A stretch of 64,000 nt of DNA from Trichoplax sp. H2 (GCA_003344405.1 NOWV01000014.1:248001-312000), one strand, 5' to 3'; positions 13,094 to 28,700 are shown, counted from the stretch's first letter. Program-made: numbers and translations. Notes: generated by a model from the letters alone, not told the origin.

Positions 13094-14214
13094 GAAAAAT
13101 TCCCTCGCCTTGTAACGTATTTTGATGATCATTATTCGAGCCGTGGATAGGAGGATATTCTATCACGTTGCAGCTCGATTGCAAGCCAAATAAGGTTGAT
13201 TATTATCATGTTGGTGCCAATGCAACACCTATTTTAAAACCTATCATTTTTATATCTTATCCAGTACGGTCGTTGCTATCCAGTTTATGTTGCTACCCTT
13301 GCATACGGACAGTATGCGACCACAACGTTGACTGTTGCAAGTGCAGCATCCTGTCGCGCTCATAAAGTAATACATAATGACATAAGCAATCTACAAGAAA
13401 ACTTACCAATGTTCATACATAATAACAATAATAATAACAATCATAGTATATTGCTTGAACCATTATACCGTAGTCAGTACTAGCCTAGGAGAAGCGATTG
13501 AAGATACAGTACATCACCTACTCTCGTGTAATTGTCATCTTAAAGAATTAAATAGTATTAAAGTAATTCAACATACGAGTACAGTCAACAATTCAAGCCG
13601 GGCACAACCGCATACTGTAATCGATATCCAATTGGATTATTTATATATATCGCCATATATAAACTACAGGAACATCAATAAGTCACTTCCATGGCCTAGG
13701 ATTGACTATATTTTTATCCGTAGTAATAACCATCTTGATATGCTATAGAGATAGTATAATACGCTTTGACCTGAATGCATCGTTATAGTAAACAGGTAAA
13801 ATTGGACGTCAAAAGTTCGATATCTGCAGTGATCGATTTATATTTAAAATATAGCATGCTCGTAATATCTTTAATTCAATCATTGAGTTATCGCATATCG
13901 AATTTTTGTAGCTTAATGATGCAAGACACTTCCTTTAAAGATACCGCTTTTTTTTTACCGTGATTCTTCAATCTTATAGCTAATTCTTATGACACGATAT
14001 ATCACAAAAATTACATAACGGTCTTATTCTACTGATTATAAATTCTTAAATTTACAGTACTGTAGTGATATATTCTTCCATAATTGTAATTAATCACGCA
14101 ACTTTAAACAAATAACGGCTAATCTTCAATACGTGTAGGTGATTAATTCTATTAGGAGCAATACCATCGACTTATGTCCGTTAAATATCGATAGACTATA
14201 GTTGGTCACTCGAC

Positions 14215-17200
14215 ATGTCATCCAATAAGAGAGTATCAAGTAGCAAATTTGGCATCGATGGAACATCCATTACTTCTGGCAGATCGAATTATTCCGCACC
14301 TAATTCTGCAAGGAGTACATCTAGCCGAAGCTCGCTCAGTAGCTTTTTTAACTCACAACCAGTAAAAGGGGCTAGAGGGAAGGTGAGCCCATACACTATC
14401 ATACTATTTATACCAATTCTACGAATAACGTTTGTCTATATTTATGCGGTACATAAGTAGTAAGCCGATAAAATCATAAGCATAAAACTAGTAACGATAT
14501 TTCCTTTACTTTGCTTTTTGCCTTTAACTCTTGTAGCAATTTTGTCAAACAGTAACTCGATGCACAGATCTATCCTTATAGAAATTCTACCATTACAGTA
14601 AAGCTAAAATGAAGTTCATTAGGCAGACCAAGATTCCTATCGTACAGTACAGATTAAATGATAAGCATATTTAATTCTTCTATTTCGTTTATACACTGAT
14701 AATCTTTGTATATAAGTAGATGATTACAAAAAGACTATCTCTTAAGGATTTTCTACTTATTCAAAATATAGCTGATATCAGATAGCACCTATAGAGAAAA
14801 GTATTTGAACAAGACTATAGATTATCACATGTATCGACTGAAAATAATAAACTAGCTGGATCTAGACAGAGCTTTATTAATGTAAAATTACTGATATTAC
14901 TTTAATAAAAACGCTTTAATTCCAGCCATTTTTTAATTCTGATCAATTATTCACCATTAATATATTTACCTGTACGGTAATCTGATTAATAGACGAGAAA
15001 AACTACATCATCTACCAACAAAAGTAAATCAACTGCAAAAGTTTCCAATGCACCTTCCAAGAATAGTCATACTTCAGATAGCTTAGAATCGACATTTAAA
15101 CTTTCAAAGAGTAATGTTCAAAATATTCCACACATATCCCATGGACCATTACAAAATGTCATGGAAAATTCAGCGATTAAAATTCAACGTTGGTACCGAA
15201 GACATGCAGCACGTAATAAAACGAGTAAAGCCGCGGTTCAACGCTTACTGATGGAGAAAAAGACAGCGATGGAGCGAATGAGAGCAGACCCAACAACTGC
15301 TTTGCCCACTGTAAATGTTAACTTAATCTACATAATAAAAAAGCGATAGACTCACTTATAAGCTACAATCATTTACCTTTAAAGATAAGGATACCAAATA
15401 AATGCTTACCACATTATTCGTTACACCTTTACTTTTAGAGCGATATCATTCAAGCTAGTGAAATCGAACGAAAGAAAAAGCGAGAAGACAAGGAACGTAA
15501 AGCTAGACAATCAGCTATTGAAGATTTACGCAGAAAGAGAGAAGAAAAACGATTAGAAAATCAACGAAAAGCTGAAGAAGAATTGGTATAAAACTGCAAC
15601 GAATAACTATCTAATTCTATCTCTAGCACTTATAATCTATCTCAGTGGTCAATAATAAGCAGTGGCATCGCTTAAATTACCGTATATACATATATTTACG
15701 TTCATATTTATATGACAGCGATTTCTAGAAGCAAGCGGGAAAGTCTCCAAGCTAAAATCAAAAACGACACCAAACCACCACCTTCCTAAATCGAGTAGCC
15801 CAAGAAGGTCACAGAATAAAAGCAGTGACATTATAGAATCTGGAAATGAAGTAAACAGACCTGGAACTTCAGCAAGTACTTCAAGAAAAGTAGACGAAAT
15901 ATTTCAAGTAATAAAACAAATCGATAATAGAATCTGATAATTACAATAATCCTGATTGTTACCAAAAGATTGATTACAAGTTTAATTGATATTTAACATA
16001 TTTCAAAAGAATGAACGACGCTAACAAATATTATAAATACTTTTAGGAGGGAATATCTTCTACAACTTTCGATCAAGGCGTCTCTTCAACAGTTTCTACT
16101 GCAAGAGAGCCAACGTAAGAATGCACCAGAATCTATTAATATTTGATATAGAATCTTTTGGGTCATTTCTAAGACATGAAATATTAAGTTTGAGTAATTT
16201 ACTGTAAAATAAAACTCACGCGTTACATAATTGCTCACTATTTGATAAAATAGATTATCACTGATAAAGCAGCGATTCTACCTCGCGTATCGACTTTTCG
16301 AATGTTTCATTCGTCTATCTTTATATGATGATTTATAACTAATAGATATTGTTGTCTTAATCAGTATAACTAAGCAACTTTGACTAGGCATATGTGTTTT
16401 ATCTAGATTTATTTATTTACTCATTACCGTAATTTTTCCATAATTTAGAGAGAATTCAACAAGCGCTAGCGCTAAGAAAACAGCACTTGATGATCTTATG
16501 GAAACACTAAAGCTGCTCGAGGAGGCTCCTGAAGAGCTAAAACATCCAAAAGAAGATACTACTACGCGATCTAACCTATCAAACTGGGGTAAGACAGCAA
16601 GTTAAAAGTTACTAGCCTTTTGAAAATTCAGGACATTTCTATTACCTGAATAAAGTACAATAGTAAATGTTATGTATTAATCATTTTAACTGCAATGAAT
16701 TGTGCTTAGATCGTGATCACTTAGAAGATGATGCCGGTGTAGGAAATTACGAAGATAAGGCAAGTATCGAACTGTATAGTTATAGAATTAGTAAAAATAT
16801 CGCAAAATAGCTCTTAAGAGCTGGTAAAATGTATTACTTCAGCATAATTCCTCTAAAATTTCATTATTGCATGCATATTAAAATTGATTACATTAAAATC
16901 AATCTAAAAGTAGCGCTCTATAATATAGAGAGGCTTTTTATCGAATAAATTACTAAAGTCAATGTTAAGGAATTTAGTGAAATTGAAGCAAACAGTAAAA
17001 GCCTAAAATGTCTCTCGTGTACAGTTACCAGCGCTTTTAAAAATTATTTGAAAGTATGTGTACATATTGGCATGTCCTACCCATTAGGTTTAGATTATAT
17101 GCGGATTCTATTAAATAAAAGATGAGTTACTTTCATATAATATCAGATACGATAGCTTTACAATTTACATAATTATTAGCCAAATTTAATACGCTAGATA

Positions 17201-20200
17201 TTTGAAGGTAAAAATCGATTTTTTGAAAATGTATATACAGGTATAATATACCGTAGCGTTAGACGTAGTATACGAGTGCTAATCAGTTACGTTCAAAAAT
17301 TTTTTCTATCTGGCATATATAAATGCACTTGGTCTAAAATTATCATCTCGAAATATCAATTTTCCGATTGTTACTAGGTTTACTTGTCAGCAGAACAACT
17401 CTATAAGCTTAATTCGAATAAGTAAGTCTAATAAATTACACCTATGATAACTAAGCTCAAACATTAAGATTATCTTGCCTTTACTATCGTATTATTTACA
17501 AATTAATCTATTTCATTTCTTCATTCAATACACTAATCATACCAATCTATTTTACAACGATTACAGCAACAGAGCAACTGGAACTCTTTCGGACGCAAAG
17601 CTACAGTAATACATCATGATTCTAATGCTAATCAAGAGCTATTAGTAAAAATTAAATATCCTCGTACTTTTAACTATAAGTTAAAATTTGCTTTCATTGG
17701 TAACTTAAGAGAATCCTAATTAACAACAACATTTGAAATAATTTCTTATATGGCAGGAGTATACTTACTTATTTAGACGATATAGAGAAGGTTGATGTTG
17801 CAACGACTAGTAATAAAAGCCTAGTAAGTCTCTGGCCACTCAAATAGTAAAATGTTCGAATGCGGAGAAATCATCTTTCTTTTAGCTTGTATAAAGCAAT
17901 TTTTAAATTTAAGCTGATAGAAAATATTTTCTAGTGACATTCCTTCAATGCTAAAAGTTGGGGTAAACTTTTATTATCATCTTCACCTAACGTATAGGAT
18001 CCGATCGAAACTACGGCTCAAGATTTACAGCTACCAAGTGCTCGAGAATCAAATCGGTAACACTTGAAATTTCTGCAATAGAAACCTAGTATTTTAATCG
18101 CTACTATAGTATCAAGAAATATGGATAAAATATATTCTGCTAAGTATCTAAATTAGGTACCGTCTAACAAGAAATGTAATGTATTTTCTCCGTCGTTTTA
18201 TCCGTTCGATTATGACATGATATAGCTAGAACTCAAGCAATAGCTATTTTGGTAATTGTTGTAACTTTCTTTTTCTAGAGATGATGATCAATATATAGAA
18301 TCAGCATCAGCAATGGCCTCTGATGTAAATGCCGCAATTTTAAGACAAAAATTACAATTAGATGAAAAGTCGCGAGCGGTCGAAGTGTTAAATCAAGCAA
18401 TTGTACGCCAAGTTAATTTAAGCTAATACCGTAGACGATTTAAAGTACTAAATTGTAATATTCCTATCACAGAAAGAACAACAAGAATTATCCATCAAGC
18501 ACACTAGAGAACAAGAAAAAGATTTAAAAAGAAGGCTTGCAATCCAGCGTCAAGAATATGAAACAACAATACAGCGGCATGTTACTTTCATTGATCAGGT
18601 AGGTTTTAGAGATAGAAGTTTTATTTTACAAAGTATATTTCTCCTTAGGACACACTATTCATATTTCAATTTCATTACTAGTTGATAGATGATAAAAATA
18701 CGCTTAGTCAAAAAAATGAAGAAATAATTCAAAAATTGAAGGAGATAGACAAAAAGTATTATCACAAAGTGAAAGCGATGGAAGAGAGGTAAAGCCCTGT
18801 ATTTTTGCAGTTTTTACTCGAAAATGGTTAAAGAGATTTAATTTTCATTCTAAGGCTGATCCTAACATTTTTCTTATCGACACTAAATAAAATGTTTTAT
18901 TAGGCACGCTAGCGAAATTAACAAGCTAAAAGAAGTAACATCTGCAGCTGAGAAAATGCGACGAGAAAAATGGATTGAGCAAAAAAGTAGAGAAATAAAG
19001 GTGAGAGAAATTAGTAATCATAAGATAAATTTCATATCTTTATGTATGAGCGCTAAGATCATATTCTTACGCTATGTTCGTATGACAGGAAATGACGGTT
19101 AAAAGTATGGAGCCAGAAATTCAACGATTAATTGCTAAGCATAAAGCGGAAATTAAACGTCTTCAGTCGATGAATCAAGCAGAAGTTTTGCAAGCAGATG
19201 AAAGAGCTAGCGTTCGTTTTGTAAAACAAATTGAAAATTTACGAGAACAGTTAGATCAAGAAAAGGACGCTGCTTGTGAGAGGGAAAGACAAACTGCAAA
19301 AGAAAGGTCTGACTATATTTAAATGTGATCGATAGATTTAATTATTTTGGAACTACTAAAGTAAACATTTTTACGTATGTTAGGCTGCCGTTTTAAAATT
19401 TGTGATACATAGTATGCCATCTATCGATCATTTTATTCTTAAAATGAATCCACATTTACATAATTAGCTGTAATATTTCGCAAGAGAAATACAGATCGAG
19501 CAAATTATGGCAATATTTAGTTCAATTTTTGAATCTATTTTCCTTGCTGACTTCAACATTTTAAAGCCAATTTTATATGATATAGTATGCATGAAGTGTT
19601 ATAATAATCTACGGGTTGTAATTAGCCTTGCTTACCTATTTTATGCGGGGAAAAAGAGCATAAACCCATTCAGTTCATAGCATGCATAAATTTAACTTAT
19701 ATCATTTAGAAAGTGATTATACTTTGCAATATCAGATCAAAACCTATATCAATTATCTTCTTTAAAAGTTCCTTAGGGCGATTATCCCTAAATACAATCG
19801 TTGTTAACTTGCATTATAAAATTTTATGACTTATTCATAGCTATTAAACAAGCTATTTTAGAGTATTAAAATGAAGTTTGTCAAGTAATTTTGTAGACAG
19901 GAGTATCTATATCCTGTGATAGAGTGTAGTGACTTTGGACAAGGATCTTTTCATGTTTCACATTTTAAAAAATTCATGCTTTCCAAAGTCAAGACCTTCA
20001 ATGTCATATAATATGAGCGCTAAAGTCCTTTCGATATTCATTTCATTTTTTAATATAAAGTTAGCACTATCTTTATGTGAATATTAAACAGAGTTACAAT
20101 ATGAGGATAAAGCTAATTTGGCTATCAACAATCCATTTTTCAAAATGTGTTAGAATGGAAAAACAACTTGCCATGGAAGAACAATCTTACCAACAACAAC

Positions 20201-22886
20201 GTCGTAGGCTATATACTGAAATTCAGGAAGAGAAGGAGCGAATGGCCGAACAAGCTAGAAGACAACGAAAAGAATTGGATCAGAAACTAAGAGACATACA
20301 AGTAAGTAGAGTTTATATGTCATTATCATGGAAAGCTTTTTGAATTTATGACCACTGATAATAAAGAAATAATTTCTGCGAGTATCGCTATTTCACTAGT
20401 GGAAAGAAGTAATTTCGCTCTAAGCTTATGGACTGTTTATAAATTTTCTGCGATAGGAAAATCAAGAAAAAGCATTAGAAAAATTAAAGATACAATACGA
20501 AGCAACTATCTCAGAGAAAGAGAGACGACATCAGGTAAAGCGGCATTTACTATACGAACGATATTGGCTAATTTCTATTTACTACAAAATAACGGCAACA
20601 TATTATCTATGCAGTAACTCTTTAGCCTAGTACCAAGTGTACTGTATGTATAATAAATAGTAAAATGTTTTATTTGATGACGGCTAGAATGAAGTTAGAG
20701 ATATTGATGAGAGGTTAAAAATCGAAAAGGAGGCCTGGGAAGAGAATTATATGAAGAAACAGGTAATCGCTCATACCCTACTATCGAAAAGCATATTTTC
20801 ACGGGTATAGATATCTATAGTTAATTTTCTACAATACTGTAATTCTCAGCTATAAGGGAGAATATTCATAGTTATGATATAAACTACATCGATATTGCGA
20901 ATATTGAAACTATTGTAAATGAATAGATGTCTATCATTTACACATAGTCAATGGTATAAAATTATTAGTTTGTGCTTGTACTGCATTTGCCATCATATTT
21001 TAATCAGCTTAGTAGGTTTCTGAAGAATATAGAGTATATCACTATATTAAAGTGATTGAATTAAACGATATTAATGATTCCAATATGCATAGGGAGTAAT
21101 TCTAGCTGCGAAAGAGCGAGAATTGAAAGAAGCTGTTAAAAGAGGAAGAGATCAGGTAAAGTATATCGAGGAGATAGTATATTGCCATAGCACTGTATAA
21201 TACTTGTTATTCTCTCTGCTAAAATCGGTTATCATTGTAATTTTTTACATATTTCGATTAGGAAATTGAAATGGTTATAAATCGGCTAGAAGAAGAAGCC
21301 CAAAAGGCTAGAGAGGAAACAGAAAGACAAGCGGAATCTCGCATTTCGTAAGCGATAATTGCAAGAGTCCAATTTTGAATATTTTCGATTCTTTCCCAAT
21401 CTCAATACAGTTATCAATAGGCTAAATCATTCATTTCGATATAATATAGATCCATATTTAATTAAATCTACAGTCTAATTCTCAAGCTATCGAGATTATA
21501 TTTAATTGATTAATTTTGTACAAAGATTGTAATGTTACAAGACTATAGGATGATCCGTCATTAAAATGGCTAAATTGTCCTACACTTTATAAGGCGTAGT
21601 CATTATATTCAGGCTATTTATTAATTATAATCAATCAATTTCGTAGGAGAATTCGAGAGAAATACACTATTGAGTTAAAAGAAGCTGAAAAATCAGAGAG
21701 GAATACAATTGAAAAATTTAATGAGCTTAAGGTAACATTTAGAAAGAAAAGATTTATTGTTGCGCCGTGGAGAGCTCTTACCGAGATGAAAATTAAGCCA
21801 TGCTGTGGCGTTCATTAATATTGTATAATCTTGTATTTTTATTCTTTCTTTTCTAATTTTAGGATCGTAATATCAATTTAGAAGGTGAATTAACCGAATG
21901 TAAAAGGTTATTAGCTCAACGAGAACAGTACATCATTGAAATAGAGGAGGTAACTTTTTCAATGCTATATAGCACTTCAAAACTGAAAGATTATCTAAGA
22001 AACTTTGAGTTTACAATAATTCTTCTTTTCTACTTAAACCCACGATTAAATTCTTATATCGGTACTCATATGACGATTAGGTAAAGAACAAGTTAAGTAA
22101 AGAAAGAGACAATGTAACTGACATTGTCAGGCAAGAATTTGCTGATAGGTAAGATTTAGCCTACGGTGATCTCATTGACAGGATGAAGGAACTAGCAATA
22201 ATCAATTCGTTTCATATTGTTATCCACAAGAACTTTAGCTTTAAATCGATGCAAGTAAATTGCATTCATTGAACCCATTTATTTTGATACTATAATTAAT
22301 AGATTAGTGGTTACCGAAGAAGAGAATAAATCTTTAAAATTAGAAATGAACGAACTAAGGGCACGTTGTAAATTAGAAGTGGATCGAATTACAAAACAGA
22401 AAGATGAAGAATTGGATACAGTTCATACTCGGTATTTCTATCATAACAGAAACGAAGCGTGCATTGACAATTTAAAAGTAGAAATGTCTTGCCGTTGTGG
22501 TTGTCTTAAAATATCTTTGAATTTTTTTCTCCTATCAGAGTAAAACAAGCCCTGGCAAGAAAAGAAGAAACCTTGAATTCGCTGCGATCACAGCATCAGG
22601 TTTGTTTTTGTATCATTGCATTTATCATAATATCCAAGGGCCAAGATTGTTCAAGATCTAGCATTCTACTTTAAGAATCAATTTTGCTATGAATATTATT
22701 CACATGTAAAGTCCATTACAAGCTTTATTATTGCGATTGTTATAAGCTGCTGCTAGTCAGTTTGGAAGAGGAGTAGCGTATACACTTACTATTACTAATG
22801 TTATTTTATTTTATTAGTCTGCCATTAAACGGGCTGATCATCTAGAAATGTTATTGGAAGCGCAACGAAAACAATTATTACGTTAG
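14215..22886 (+). CDS. CEP131: Centrosomal protein of 131 kDa (AZI1), about 27 coding exons
   Basis: Contains an IQ motif (SAIKIQRWYRRH), LSDAKLQSILTYLDDIEK, the coiled-coil segments IQRHVTFIDQLIDDK and EIKEMTVKSMEPEIQRLIAKHK, and a last exon SAIKRADHLEMLLEAQRKQLLR* (TAG 22884-22886). All match CEP131 as I recall it. The start codon is taken from the first long exon, 14215-14382. Confidence 0.93.
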
Positions 22887-23909
22887 TCTATTTTCGAATA
22901 ATTTCACTGGTAGGATTCAAGAGATGGCTGTAATTATTGCTATTGTAAATAGGAATTGGATCATTTTTGAGCGGGTTATTTCTATCATGACAAATGTAAA
23001 ACTTATGCATCTATTTTAACGATGGTAATAAACGATGACTTTTCTACGATACGTTTTCTGTCATAATATCTCAGCTTTTTATAGTCTCTACGCAAAAGGT
23101 TTAGGGAAGGAAATGAATAATTTCTCTAATTCCGAAAATTAAAAGAGAACCATTATGGATTTTGGAATTCTCTGTTCTGAAAATACAACTGATATCAAAA
23201 ACTGACGGATACTTTTTATGTCAGTAAAATCAAATTGGAGAATAGAAATAATTACAATAATTATAATAATCAACTCTTTGTGAGAGACTGTTAAGCTGCA
23301 ATTAATAGAATTAACTTTATTTTATTGGATAACTATGTCGTCAACATTAAATTTGCCAATTCTGTATGATGTTGCTGCAATAGAAAATTCAGTTTCCACT
23401 GAATTTTAAACCTGAATAAGCAGATTAGCTTTTAAGACAAGTAATCGGGATTGCGGTAGTACATGTTTCTAGGAGTAGACATGTTTGAATCAGCTAAACT
23501 GTACTGTTATTTTATGCTGTCCACCAAAGAACAAAATAACTCGACAGAATCAATCTCTAAAAGAAGATCATGATGATCAGCATAGTCTACAATAGAAATT
23601 GGATAGCACACCATTCGTAGATAACGTTATTTTCAATTGAATAAACTCTATGTGGAGTTGAGGGTAAAAGATCTTTCCCTTTTTGGACAAATACACTATC
23701 CATCATGTTCCTCGCATCATTGACTACGTCCTGCCATGATGCAGATAAAATCATTTCGTACGATAATGAATCCATAACAAGATTAGTGTGTAGAGAAATA
23801 AATCCACTGAAAGAAATATGGCTGATGTGATCTGAAGAAACCGAGAATTGGATAGCACACTATCAGTACATGATGCTTTATCAAATGCAATGGAAATACA
23901 TTAACCTTT

Positions 23910-24812
23910 CTACTGCATTCCAGCATCAAGGGTCTATAGCATTTTAGGATCGAGGTCATTAAATCCAGCAGCTCCCTTTTAGGATGTATACGGATCAGCG
24001 ACAAGGTAAAATTATCAACTACTGAATTGCAGCATCCAGAATCTATCGTCTAGTGCTTTTTAGGATAAGTCATCGAGATATATGAGAGTCCAGCAGCTTC
24101 CTCGTAGAATGTATACGGACAGTAGAGGGAAATGATAATCATCAACTACTACATTATAGGGTGGAGAGTCTATCGTCTGGTGCATTTTAGCATAAATCAT
24201 TGAGGTATACGATAGAGTCCAGCAGCTTCCTCGTAGAATGCATACGGATCAGTAAGATGGTGAAATTATAATCATCAACTACTACATTATAGGATGGAGA
24301 GTCTATCGTCTAATGCTTTTTAGGATAAAAGTAAGTCATTAAGACATACGCGTACGATAGAGTTTAGTAAATCCCTCGTAGATTGTATTTGGACTGGTGA
24401 AATGGTAAATTATAATCATCAACTACTGAATTGCAGCATGGAGAGTCTATCGTTTATCGCTATTTAGGATAAGTCACTAATATCTACGATAGAGTGTCGC
24501 AGCTTCCTCACAGAATGCATACGGATCAGTGAGATGGTAAAATTGTAATCATCAATTACTGAATTGCAGCATGGAGAGAGTCTATCGTTTATCGCTATTT
24601 AGGATAAGTCACTAATATCTACGATAGAGTCCCGCAGCTTCCATACGGATCAGTGAGATGGTAAAATTGCAATCAACTACTGAATCGCAGCATGGAGAGT
24701 CTATCTTCTATTGCTTTTTAGGAGAAGTCATTAAGACATACGATAGAGTTTAGTAGATCCCTCGTAGAATGCATACAAATCAGTGAGATGGTAAAGTTAT
24801 AACCATCAATTA
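23910..24812. repeat. Tandem array of about 7 copies of a ~121-144 bp unit upstream of the ATF7IP-like gene
   Basis: The anchor ATCAA(C/T)TA occurs at 24014, 24141, 24274, 24418, 24551, 24672 and 24805. Units share blocks resembling GAGTCTATCGT...TTTAGGATAAGTCA...AGAATGCATACGGATCAG. A degenerate first copy starts near 23910. Confidence 0.95.
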
Positions 24813-25747
24813 TTTGAAGAGATACAAACCAAGTGAAAGTAGTAATTTATGATTAAACTGCGAGCTGCACTTAATTTAGTATGGCCATTCCGTCATGGCA
24901 TACGGAAGGCAAATTCATGAATTAAAACTAGACAGTATTCTTTCTTTCTTTGAGTAGTCCCGATCTAGAGGATGGCCATTAGAATGAAATTTTAAACTTT
25001 TATTCCAAATGAATATTCCACAATCTGAAAGGTTTTCTTTCCAACCGGCATGAAAAGCTGACGTATTGTTCATTCTTCATCCAGCTCTTGCAATTCCGCC
25101 ATACTTTTCTGTAGGTAGCAGGAAAAGCGTAAAACTGGCCATCACAGACGAACGAATTAAGTGGTACTACGCAAAGACGCATAGCATATATACGTATAGA
25201 TGATAGAGATATGAAAAGTATTTTATCATCTGTATGGCATATACAGTACATCAATAATCATCATGACAGTATTATCATTAATAATTATTATTATTTTGGG
25301 GAGTACAAGTATTCCCTATGTAAGGGATAGCAATCGTCGTCATCTCCGGCACCCCTGCAGGGTTTCATCCATGCAGGTTTTCCAACTGGCGTTGGCTTTG
25401 CCTTGGCAGGATGTATTTATTTATGCTTGCTACGGGTTTCGATTTCAGTAGCCACTTCTCCTCTTCGTCGAATGGTGTGCCTTTGCCCTTTCTTTCCTCG
25501 GCTCGAGCACTTTCCGCTAGGTTTCTTGATTCATTTCGGCCATTTTCTTCCTTGTACTGTAATATTGCAACATTGCACCGTAGACGGCCGGCATACTTTC
25601 AATGTACCATACCACCAATCGAGGCTACCGTAATAACATTGACTAATGTAGCCAATAGGCTGACTATCAACCATCGTTTAGGATACTGGAGTAGTCGAAT
25701 CGAGACAGTCAAGAATTGATCTTGCTGCTGGATCGCCATTTGCAACG

Positions 25748-28700
25748 ATGGATTTGATAGGCGAGATTAAAATCAAGCAAGAAAAGATTGATGATTATGA
25801 ACTGGATAATAGGCAACCTTTATCCTATGACAGCAACAATTTACTAACGGAAGTAGTCCAAATTAGCGACGATGAGAGCGATATTATCAATTTAACGGCC
25901 ATGGGACGGCAAACCAATGCCGAGATAGTGGACAATATCTTAACAAATGAGGCTAATACGGCCTTGACAGATGCTTATACTGATCATAGTGCTTTAAAGC
26001 AAGACGAAGGGATACAAGATATCTGTTTAAATGAACCAACAAATCTTTCTATCCCGTCGCCCAATGGCGATATCAACCACTCAGGACAGCCTAGTACAAC
26101 GGATGATCCACAACAGTTAAACGCCAATATTCACAGGCCCGATAGGAATGGGGCAGTAAATGAGCAAAGTGCGATCGCTGAAAAACGCAAACATTCCAAT
26201 AGTAATGCGCAAGAAAATGAACAACCGGCAAAGAAAGCAATGGGTAAGAGCTTAATTTCTATCGCACAATATTATGCAGGAAAATTGAGCCACTCAATTC
26301 GTTTCCATCATTGAATTCTAGTCGCCTCACTATTTTACCTCTGCTTCTTATATTGACCATAAGAACACTTCCATTTTGTAGTCTGTCCTGCTGAACCCGT
26401 GATGATCACTTTGTTTGTTTGCATGTCTTGCAGTAATCGGCTAATTTTTCTTTCTTTATTTCCTACTGGTGGATCACCATGCCATGATTGCTTTCCCAAT
26501 ACATTATCTGGACTATCAATTGACTTTTCAAGGCGTTTATGGAGAGAAAATCAAGATTTCACAAATTAGCCATGCCCAGCCCATAGACACGAGCCCAAAT
26601 CATCAACATGAAGACATCAATACGATCGCCATTAAACTCCCTGAAAACAACCAGATGACTCAGGAAGTAAGGCTTGACAATTCTAGACGATATCCATCAT
26701 TTCTCATCGTTAGTAATCGATAAATATATTATCAATAGATGTAGTTGGCGATGACTAGTCAACGCTTTTTAGAATCTTACCTACAAACTACTGCTAATTG
26801 TTCACATACAGGATTGGCGTAGTAATAGAGAGATTTTAGAGTCTTCTCTACGACACCAATCTCCTAATCTACTGCACAGTATTGCTGGAAATTAAAATAG
26901 CATTACGTGAAATCGTATAAATTGCGACTTGCGTTCACTCGGCGCGTTAGCTAGGATGCAATTAGTGACTAATCATGTGGATGATAAATTTATTGAGCAT
27001 TAACTTATCGAAGATAGTAAAGAGTGATTTGGTAGATTCTCACTGCAATATCTATCTTTTGATACAATTTTATATAGCGCAATAAGAGTAGATGATCCAA
27101 GAGTCGTTTAATAGATATTTTACTTCATATCTCTCCTTAATGGTTAACTTTGACATAACTTTGCAAGCAAGTACGATTAGTAAAAGTCCCGTGTAGTGCC
27201 TATTTTATGCAGGGTTTTTAGGCCATTTAGTTGCTTGTTGTATTGATCAATATACTAGATGCAGAGTATTCCGTAAAAACTTGAAGATAGACATTTGCTC
27301 ATTCACCTTCAATACGTCGACTACACCTGCTAAACTTATTTTGGTAAAATAGGCCATCCTGTACTAGTATGATGTAAAAATTGAGCGCCCTATTATTATA
27401 TATATCTATGTTTACTGCAACTAAGGGTGTTTAAATCAAACACTATATGTAAGATAGACGATAGGAAGAATGATGTTTGTAAACTGCAGCATAGCTACTT
27501 TAAAACAAAACGTTACTAAACTGAATGCGCCTTTCATAAGCGTAAATGATAGAGCGGAGGACATATAAGAGTGCCTCGAAATGAAAACGAATAGCTAGGT
27601 GCAGCTACGTCGATAAATTGATCTTTACAGTACTTTTCTATTCATATCAGACAGAGTAATGTACTCGCAGTATAGCGTAGTTGAGATATTATTAAAAATA
27701 TATAAATACAATTCGATTAGGTATGGATTACCTACTTAATGTATAATATTATTAACGTTTCTATGAAATTGTTTATTCTAATAGTTCATCAGTTATTAAC
27801 GTACATCGTCACTCTATTTCTTAATTTTCCTATTTTAGCAAATTTCAAACTGCGTCTCTGAACATATCAATAAAATAAAAATGAAACTCCACCATGATTT
27901 TCAAGAAATGTACAAAATAAAGGTCGAAGAATTAAAAAATGAAACTGATGCTATTGAGCAACAGTGTATAACCTTTAGAGACCTCTTCTTAAAATTTGTG
28001 GATATTCATTGTAAAGAAAAGTCCGATCAACTATACCAATCCATTGTAAGTGTTATAAATCAACCTTGAATTACAATTTAGTATGAATGGAATTGATGGT
28101 ATACACTGAGCTATCATATTTGATTGATAGAGAAAGTTATCCGATGAAGCTGGTTTAGCTAAAAAATACGTTCCTGAAAATCGAAAATGTAACGTTGGTA
28201 TCCAAGTTGCTTTACCACGTGTATCTACTCAAAATAATGTTGTAATTCCTATGGATTCGGCCGCTGTATCGAATTCTAATGAACGAGTTAGAACAAACAC
28301 TATGAATAGCCAGAGCAAAGGAGAATCCATTAAAGTTTCGCTAGCTTCTCAAACTGCAAACCTGAGAACAACACAACCTGGGCCTATAAAACCCATTTTT
28401 ACTTCAACTAAGACTCATTCTAACAGTAATTTAACAAATGGAGTCAACAACAGCGTGAGAAGCCAAGTCGACCCTAAATCAGTTCGCTATCAACCCCTTT
28501 CATCGTTGAGAATCAATGATCTACGCCCAAGTGATCCGAGAATATCATCTAGTGATGATCGATCGTTCTTCTTTCCATTTCCTGAAAATATTTGCAAACA
28601 GAAGCTTGTAGAAATTTATACGCCTGAGCTAAAGTCGATAAAATCACAAGATCTAATAAAATTGATGTGGACCCTTCCCAAATGTAGCAATAATTATGAT

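Noticed and set aside
23320-23780. Minus-strand coding-looking pieces (DVVNDARNMMDSVFVQKGK; YADHHDLLLEIDSVE)
   Set aside because: They could not be joined in consistent phase and no homology was recognised.
23910-24812. CRISPR-like appearance of this and the other regularly spaced arrays
   Set aside because: Whole units are homologous, so there are no unique spacers. The context is eukaryotic and intron-rich, with no cas genes.
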